A DNA stretch of 64,000 bases, taken from NCBI RefSeq assembly GCF_009914755.1, contig NC_060932.1. One strand, 5' to 3'. Below are positions 53,865 to 64,000 of this stretch, in pieces. Numbering within the stretch: the first letter of the stretch is position 1; every line of letters begins with the position of its first letter. Source of the stretch: the human T2T-CHM13v2.0 reference genome, Homo sapiens. A program made the position numbers and the translations under genes. Below the pieces are notes generated by a model, which did not search any database, was not told the origin of the DNA, and worked only from the letters and a program-made list of their open reading frames with translations.

Positions 53865-55251
53865 CAGCAACGTGAGCAGGTGAGAAGCCACCATGAGCAA
53901 GAGACAGAAAGCACAGCCAACGGCAAGGCCAGACCCTGAGAATGTCCCAGAGGTGAGCCATGCAGAGGAGATGACAAGGTGTTTTTTAAATGGTTACATT
54001 TGTGGGAAACAGGAACTCCTAAGAAGAAGGCAAGACACTGCAGAGAAGGAACAGGCGCACCTGGAACAGAGTGCAGGAGACAAAGCGAAGACCATCGCTG
54101 TTGTGACAAAGTCGGCGGATGTTTTAACAGCCAATGAGGGATAGAGAAAGAATGAACTGGGAGATAAATCAATGCACCATCGAGACATAAAAGAGACAGA
54201 AAATGTGAAACCGGGGTTAAGACACATGGACCGGAATGGGGTGAGAAGGTCACTCACAGCAAACATGTGAGATCTTTGTGCCCCTCATGTGCTTTTTGTT
54301 TTTTGGCTTTTTTTACCTCTCCAAGTTCAGCTGTTTTTCCTGGTGTGTGAAAATGGATGTGAGCCCCCTGAATACCTTCCTCTGCTGGTGGGTCCTGGGG
54401 TGTGGTCAGAAGACAGCAGTGAGACGCACCGAAGGAGGGAGCCCCTCTGCTCCGTGGGCTGTAGGATCTCCAGGGCCAGGCTCCTGCAGGGAGGCCACTG
54501 CCCCAGCGCTCAGCTCCTGTGGAGCATGGGGCCAGCCACGGGAAGGGGCAGCTGTGCCCGAACCCCCGGGGCGGTTTGGTAAGGGAGTATCACCCGTGCG
54601 ACACCTCCCTGTGAGCAACTTCTCCTGCATCTCAGAGGGCTCGTGTCCAGCAGTCTCTGCACCCACTGGCTTCTCTGCTGCAGGAGCGAGCTGCCCAGGA
54701 GGGGAGGTCTGCTGTGAGCACTTGCCTCAGCCCAGGGAGGGGCTCTTCCGCCTTACATGGCAGGACACCCGCTAGTGTTCTATAGACGTGTCATTCCTGC
54801 CGCTGCTGCATTCTTCAGAGCTCTCTGTACTTCTTACTAGCCAGCCCCTTCTAACTCCCATTCCCCGTGGCACTGAATCATTCTTCATATTACACTTCCC
54901 TGCTCAAACTGCTGTGTGGTGCCCATCTCAGGAACAGGCTCCGAGGGATACAGAATACTCAAGTCCTGATTGTGCTCTAGCGGTCAAGTGCAGCAGCTCT
55001 TGGGCTCCCAAGGTCAATGTTTCCGCTGTCACTGTCACCAGCCAGGGGTGACAGCCTGAGGACAGACGGCACCATGGCATGCAGTGGGCAACCAGCATCC
55101 CATTCCCATGTCAGGGAGCTCGGCGCCACACTCACATCATAAGGCACAGCCCCTCCCAGCCCCGAGCCTGTCACTGCTGATCTATCTCCTGGACACCTCC
55201 CAGTACCAATACAATTCCACAGAGCAAGGAGGAAGTTCTCAACAAGATCCC

Positions 55252-55558
55252 ACCCGGGTGCAGTGGCTCACGCTTCTAATCCCAGCACTTTGGGAGGCCA
55301 AGGCAGGAGGGTCACCTGAGCTCAGGAGTTCGAGACCAGCCTGGCCAACATTGCAAAACTCTGTCTCCACAAAAAGTACAAAAATTATCTGGGTGTTGTG
55401 GCAGGCCCCTGGGGTCCCAGCTACTCGGGAGGCTGAGGCAAGAGGATTGCTTGAGCCCAGGAGTTCCAGGGTGCAGTGAGCTAGGATTGTGCCTGTGGAT
55501 GGCCACTGCACTCCAGCCTGGGCAGAGAGAGAGAGACACTGTCTCAAAAAGAAAAAAA
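55252..55558 (+). mobile_element. Alu (AluJ-like)
   Basis: Dimeric sense Alu with A tail. Confidence 0.9.
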
Positions 55559-57192
55559 GGCCCCAAAGCACGAAGCACAGAAAAGGAATACATTTGGCTC
55601 CATTAAAACCAAAAACTTCCGTCCAACCAGAAACACCATAAACAAGGTCAAAGGACAGGTCACTGTGCAAAAATATTTGCAATGCCAATAGTTGGCTAAG
55701 GATGCAGGAACGGCATAGAAAGAATTCTCACACTTTTCCAAGTGAAACACAGACAACCTCATATAGGACGCGGGGAGGATCTGCGCAGGTGGCTTGCAGC
55801 CGAGGGGCCCTGCCCGGCCAGCTCTGGCTCTCTGGCTTTCAGGGTTCCCTGTAGAAGCCAGATGTATCTCTTCCTGGGAACCTTTGCTCCATCAGATTCC
55901 CGCCCTCCCCTACCTTTGAGAATTACATCCCCACCCTCTCAGGAAATGTTTGTTCCTTTCCCCACATCCAGCCCCAGCCTCTGCTTCTTCCAGGAAGTTT
56001 TCCCTGATTGCTCCTGTCCAGAGAAACATGGCCTCCTTTGACCTCTAACTGCTCACCTCTGCCACTGCAGTTGGGGGGCAGCCTCAGGACCTTCCCCCTG
56101 GGATTTCCTCTCCCTCTGCATTCAAGCTGGTAGTGGCTCTTCCCTTCAAACCCTGGCAGGAAGGAGGCGGCAGGGTCAAGGATGCAGACAACAGGAAACC
56201 TTTCAGCTTTCGGGCTCCTCCCCAGCCCTTTGGGAGCCTGGTGGGGTTTTCAGGCAGAGGAATTCTGCCAGCAGCTGGAGTGAGGCAGGGCCCGCAGCCA
56301 GCGCTGGGCACCCAGTGCCCAAATGCAGGGACCCCGTGTGGGCTGAGATCAGTACGGGTGGAGATCAGGCCTGCTGGGCCCACTGGCGACCTTGGCCCTG
56401 CTGAAGAGCCTGGCGCTGCTGCCCTGGCAGCCTGGCCAAGGCCGGGGGTCTGTTTTCCCCACTTGTAGGACAGAATGAGAGATGCAGTCAGAGATGAAAT
56501 TGGCAGCTGGAAAACAGGGGAGTGGTGTTTCTCGCTCGCCCCCGCCCCCTTCATCTGCCTCTTGCAGGGGTGTGCTCCTGGCCAGAGAGCTGGGCCAGCA
56601 GGATCTGTGGGGTGGGCTTCTAGGGGCTGAGGGCCCTCCTCAGGTCGGCCCTGGGACTTGAGGCCCGCAAGGCTCCCCTCACCGTGTCCACTGCCGCCCG
56701 GACCCTCCAGCAGCTGCTCCATCCTCACATGGACACCCCTCAGGGTGCTGGGCAACCGCACACAGCCCTCCCCTCCTCCCTGGCCCCGCTTGTCCTCCTC
56801 CGAGAGGGCGCCCACATCTTACCATGAAGATAAAAATGTGGTTCTCGGCGCCCAGCCTGTGGCCCCATGCCAACTTGCTAAACAGCTCCTTCCGGAACTT
56901 CCGCTTCAGCAAGATGGCTCAGCGTAGGAAGGTGAGCGTGGTCTTCTGTGGGTGCACAGCAGAAAGATAGGTCACCCCAGGAGGTCCGGGCTCCCCTCCC
57001 CATCACCATGCCCCTCCCTCGAAGAGCCCAGGGGCCTCCGCAGCCCTGCTGTCCCTGGCCGCACAGTCTGCTGGTGCCCCGGAGGGGCTGGCCTGCCAGA
57101 GGGAGAGGAGGTCTGACAGCACTGTGTCCACCTCAGTCCCCATGGGTGTCCTGCGGTAACTCTCACCAAGCTCCCAGGGAGGCCAGTGGTCA

Positions 57193-58027
<835 letters not shown>

Positions 58028-59893
58028 GTCCCCATCCCAGGCCTGGCTTCCCTGCCCCTTGCTGAGCTGGGAGGACTTGGTCCATCTGGTTTTCATTCTC
58101 CAAAGCCCTTAGCCTCCTGAGTCCATCTGCCAGGGCCCCTGCCTGGTACTCTGGGGCTCACACATCTGTCCCCATAGTACTGTGCTCCTCATGGGGAGGG
58201 GCCGCCTCCTTTCCACACCCACAATGAGGGCCCCACTCACAGCAGGTGCTTGACAAATCCATGGATATCAACAGAACAAGGGGGACTTTCTGCTCCCCCG
58301 CTAGGCCTCAGCCTCACCTTCCTGCCCTTGCCCATCTGCTCAGAGAATGCAGTGGACCTCGGCCTCCAGGTAACTTTTTAACTGCAGCTTCTGAGGTCTG
58401 GATAGGGGTCAGCCTCCCCCAACAAGTATCCTGGTGACCTCAGCCTTCTCTTCCTTCTGAACATATGGCTGCATCCCTCACTTTCCCATTTGGTTACATC
58501 CTCCTCAGTCTGTATCCGACAGCCCCCAGACACCTCTGCGAAAGGCAGCAGCTCCCTGCCCCACACGGGATCCAGCTCCGGAAGGCAGCAACTATCTCCC
58601 ACCTGGGACCCTACCTGGGGCCACTCCCGGCTCTCAGACCCCACCTGGGGCCGCTCCCGGCCCTCCAACTCCCCAGGGTCCAGTCAGTCCCTGGCGGCTG
58701 TGGGCTCACGACACCCTCATGCAGCTGCCCTGCCCTGGGTCAGCCCTCCACCCTGCACTCCTCACCTCCCCTAAGTGATTCAAAGTCCCCATCCATTCTC
58801 ACCTGGTCGACCCAGGGGTCTTTCTAAACCCCAGCCCACTCGCCCTCCCAGCTGGAGGACCTATCCCTTGGCCCCCAGCGTTCCTCTACAGTGGGAGTGC
58901 ATGAGCCCCGCGGGCAGAAACCCCCTTCCCTCCCATGGTCCTCGCCCGGCAGCTCCACCAGCCCGTGGGCAGCTCTGGCTTCTTCCAGGGGTGGGCTTGG
59001 GTGAGGCCATTTAAGCACCCTGCTGGCAGGGGTCCCCCTCAGCCGGGACAGCCAGGGGTCAGAGGGCCTGAGGTCCCCTGGGGCCCACCCACCACCCCTG
59101 CCCATGGCAGGCCTGCTCACGTCCTCGACCAAGGGCAGCAGGTGCTGGGCCATCATGACGCTGATGGCACCGAGGCCCTGGGTGCCCAGGCGGTGAAGAA
59201 TGTCACCCAGGATCTCCATCAGGCCTGTGAGGTCCTCGGGCTCAGTCTTCAGGAAGCTGTCCAGCAGCCCCATCAGCTGGACCTGGAGCAAGACCACCTG
59301 CGGGGAGACCTGGCCCTACACGTGGGACCCCTGCCCAGCTGCTCTGTGCAGGAAACTTCCCCAAGCTTCCCCTAATGGGGCGGCTCCCTGGCTGCCGGCC
59401 ACAGGGCTCTTCTGATTCCCAGGGGGCTCTGAGCTTCCTGAGTGGGGAATGTATCTGCTCTGCCCCAAGCCCAGCGCATAGCGACTGCCTCTGAAGTGGC
59501 TGAGTGGGCAGAGGGCGGACGATTGAGCCCCTGGCAGAGGTTGGCTGCAGGCCACTCCCTGCCTCCTTTCACACCACTTAACAGAGGGAAGAAAAGCCTG
59601 GGGACCTCAGCCCCAGCTGAACCACAGCCCCAGTGGGAGGCTGCTGATGCGGGGTTCCTTCCCACCCGCAAAGGAGGCCGGAGGCGCTGACCTCAGCTCA
59701 GAGATTCTGGGCTCCCCAGCCCTGTGCAGTGCCACAGGGGCTCCCAAACACTGCTGCCCTCCCCACCCATTCCTTCCAATGCGATGCCTGCAGCAGAGAC
59801 TTCCTGGCACCAGCTCCTCCCCGTTTCCTAGGATGGAAGTGGGTGCCCTCCTGGAGCACTCCCGTCTCCTCTCACCTTCTTGGGGTGCATTAA

Positions 59894-60547
<654 letters not shown>

Positions 60548-62160
60548 GGGTGCCTTTATGTTGGAGGACGGGAATGGATGGCTGGTTCTCTGACATGCTT
60601 CTGAAGGGGCAGAGGGCAGTGAGAAGCAGAGGTGAACTGGGCTGGGGAGGTGGACCTCTGTGATGATGAGGATGGCCACGACGCTGTCCCGCTCCTCGGT
60701 GCTCTGAAGAGCAATGGCTGCCTGCCCCAAGACCGCCTTGACCTCACAGTTGTAGGGGACCATGGCCCTGTCAGATGGAAGGGAAGGTGCAGGGCTCCTG
60801 CAGGCCCCATTCTCGGGCCATGCCTGGGGCAGAGGGATGGACTCCTGACACCCCACACTCCTGGCTGACTTCGGTACTTAGGGAGCGGGCCCAGGAGACT
60901 GAGTCTGGGTGCAGGGTCCCAGTGTGAGGTGGGGTGCAGGCAGGAGCCCATCAGGGTGCTGTCTGGGCCCCAGGCATGGGGCTAACCTGGCCAAGAGGGC
61001 CACCCACCCTGCATAGGTTTCCAGCACTGGAAGAGCTCCCAGCCCTTCCGCAGCTTGAGGTAGGCGAACACCTCCCAGCAGCCCTTGGTCCAGAAGACGA
61101 CCTTCAGGGCTTCCAGGCACGTCCTGGGAGACGAGGTCAGGGAGGGGGTCACTCTCCACCTGGGGCCAGGGGTGCTGTCAACCCTGGGCTCCCCTCGCTT
61201 GGGGTCCTCTCCTGGCCAAGATTGAGACTCAGTCCCCCGCTCCCCCACAGGCCCACAGGTGGGACCGGAGTGCATTCTTTCCTGGGTTCCCAGCCCTTAT
61301 CCCAGGGTCTCCCGAATGTGTGGGAGGAGCCAGGAGCAGGGGCAAGGCGTGGGGCTGGGCACAGGTCCCACCTGCGGGGTGTCCAGGGCTCCATGTCCAG
61401 GATGTCTTCCTGGTACTCCGCCACGCCCTCCACCATGCCCAGCTCAAACAGGTAATGCAGCTGTGTCAGCAGCCCCAGCAGGACCCCTGCAAAGGCCCAG
61501 TGGACTGTGGGCTTGTCCTCCTGGGTGTAGAGCAGCTCATAAATGGTGTCCAGGGCCTACAGCGGGCGACAGAGCAAAGCCTAGATGAGGACCCGCGAGA
61601 GTAAGAGCTGGGAGCAGAGCCGCACGGCCTCTCTGCCCCCGGCCCCTGCAGCCCACGGTTGGCCCCATCCTGGGGTCAGCATCAAGAGCCCTTGGTGATT
61701 TCTGGCTGGACCTGGGCTGGCTCCTGCTTCCCCTTCCTGCAGTAGCCCTGTGGCAGGGCCAGGAGAGGCAGGCACGGCGAGAGGCAGGACCGGGAGTGCC
61801 CGTGCAGGGTCCTCATCTCATGGCTTTGCCTCAAGCTCCAAGCCCCTCCTGGCCCCACACACCACCTGCCTCCCTCTCCCTGGCTCAGCTCCACCAGCTG
61901 GTGACCTTTGGCCTGGCCCTCACCCCAGCTCTCCAGGTGTCCTTCCCAGCGTCTGGGGTGTTCTGCCCAGACCACCTGCTCTTGCTGGAGACCACCCCAG
62001 GCTTGCTGGCCTGTCCTGGACCCTGGTTTCTGGTGTCCACCACCAGCTCACAAGGCTGACCCCCAACACCCTTTCTGCAGGGTTGGGCTGAGAACAGCTG
62101 CTGAGCCCTGCCCCTGGCACTTCCTCTGAATGATTCTCTCACCAGTTCTGTGGCCAATGA

Positions 62161-62553
<393 letters not shown>

Positions 62554-64000
62554 TAAAGGGCAGAGCTAAGGGAGTCCCTCTTAAGTGGAGCCTTCTGTGG
62601 CCTCTTGCATGGGGCTCAGGTGCTGGCCATGGCCCCGGCTCTGTGCAGTCAGGCCCAGCTTGCCCCTTGTGCCAGCCTGGCCACAGATGCCCTTGCCCTG
62701 TGTCCACCCTCACTGCCGCTCCCCAGGCCTCCCTTTGGCCTCCCACCAGGCCCAGCCCTGGGGCCTTATTGTTCTGATGACCACGGGGCCACACAGTGCG
62801 TGATTGCCAGTGAATGAGTCCCTGAGGGCAGCCTGGGCCGCTGCTGTCCCCAGTGTGCTCTGGAGGCTGCTTGTTATGACAGTGGGGGCTTGACCTTCCC
62901 TCTGGCGGGATGCAGAGAGACAGCTGCTGACGGTGGCCAAGGTTGACCCCTCAGTGAACACACCAGGCACCTGGCACATCCCTGGTGTGTGCAGGGGCAG
63001 GAGTCACGGTGAGCAGTGACATGGTGCCCACCTCCACAGGTGACAACAGCCCCCCACAGGTGACAACAGGCCCCTGCAGGTGCAGCCCCAGGCCATGAGG
63101 AGGGCCCAGGGCTATGGGCACTTGGTGGCACTGGTAAGGGTCACCCTGGCATCTCGTAGGCCCCTGAATGACAATGCCATTGCAGAGGGGGACTGGGGTA
63201 GGGACGCAGGGTGAGTGTGTCTCGGGGACACGGGTGCCACTCACCAGCAGGGAGATGAGCTGGGCCTGGGGGTTGGGGCTGATGAGCTCCTGGGGGGGCC
63301 GCAGTTTCAGCTTCATGTAGAGCAGGGTGATCACCTTGCGGGCCAGCTGGAGGTTGGCAGCCAGGGCCTTCCACAGGGGAAGGGTCCATCTGGGGAGACA
63401 GGGGTGGGTGGCCCCAATGCCTCACGGGTCATGAGAGGGACCTGCGGGGGCAAGGCCTTCAGTGCACTCTGAGTGGTGGCTCCCAAACAGGCCTCGGGGT
63501 GGCCGTGTGTGAGAGCAGAGACGGCTGGGTCTCTGCACGCAACATAGGACACACATGCACAACAAACATCCCCCTCCCACACAGGAGCCTTACCACCCAC
63601 GCCTCACGCTGTGCACCCCGCACCCCTCCCCAGGCGCCCAGGCAGCTGCAGCGGCCGTGCTCTTGGTGTTTCCCATGCAGTGTTTGGATGTGGGAGCGCT
63701 TGACTTGTTGCCTTTTAAAGCAAAGGGCACGCCCACCTCCCTAGGCCCAGGGCTGTGCGGAGAGGGGGCCCCACCACCCTCTGCCTTCTGCCCTGGCCTT
63801 GTTAGGCCTCACCCCAGCCCCAACAGCCAGGGCGGCCGGACCCAGAGCGGCAGGTGATGCTGGGGTGACCTGGGGCTCGGGGAGCAGCACGTGGGGTGGG
63901 CTCCGCCTGGTCTCATCCCCCACCTGAGCCCTGCATCCCCTTGTAAGCGCTGCCTCGGGAGTCAGTGCTGGATTGGGTGAGGTGACTGCAAGGGGCCTGT

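Noticed and set aside
52506-54253. Long minus-strand ORFs (458-574 aa)
   Set aside because: All three frames are open because the 20-bp unit lacks stops; the peptides are periodic and show no gene structure.
58378-58668. Minus-strand ORF as the missing MROH exon
   Set aside because: The peptide lacks HEAT-like character, and the apparent boundaries do not give the phase 0/0 needed.

Overview
Human-like genomic DNA (Alu, L1, MIR, MER and LTR repeats, spliceosomal introns), most likely 8q24.3. Positions 35-34300 (+) hold the 3' half of ADGRB1 (BAI1). Fourteen GT-AG exons splice in frame into 692 aa plus stop, running from the GPS motif through the 7TM, proline-rich region and RKR helix to the C-terminal QTEV PDZ ligand, with AATAAA at 34287. 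A TE-dense, AT-richer block (~41.6-55.8 kb) carries solo LTRs, L1 fragments, Alus, a Tigger3-type transposon and two large VNTRs. At 56.8-63.4 kb (-) lie seven exons of a MROH/HEAT-repeat pseudogene (probably MROH4P) with one frameshift and one in-frame stop. Most ORFs in the supplied track are GC-rich or repeat artefacts. The most interesting observations: (1) a 99-nt in-frame ICL3 cassette exon resembling the ADGRB3 exon; (2) its decayed duplicate inside a UG-rich array, which could act as an in-frame cryptic exon; (3) a candidate alternative last exon that would remove the PDZ tail; (4) candidate intronic first exons giving a stalkless receptor; (5) a MEF2/SRF/ETS/CRE/EGR motif cluster resembling an activity-responsive enhancer; (6) a 37-bp minisatellite amplified from a transposon end. 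I see no evidence of a wholly new biological system. Repeat family names are from recall of consensus sequences, not from a search.
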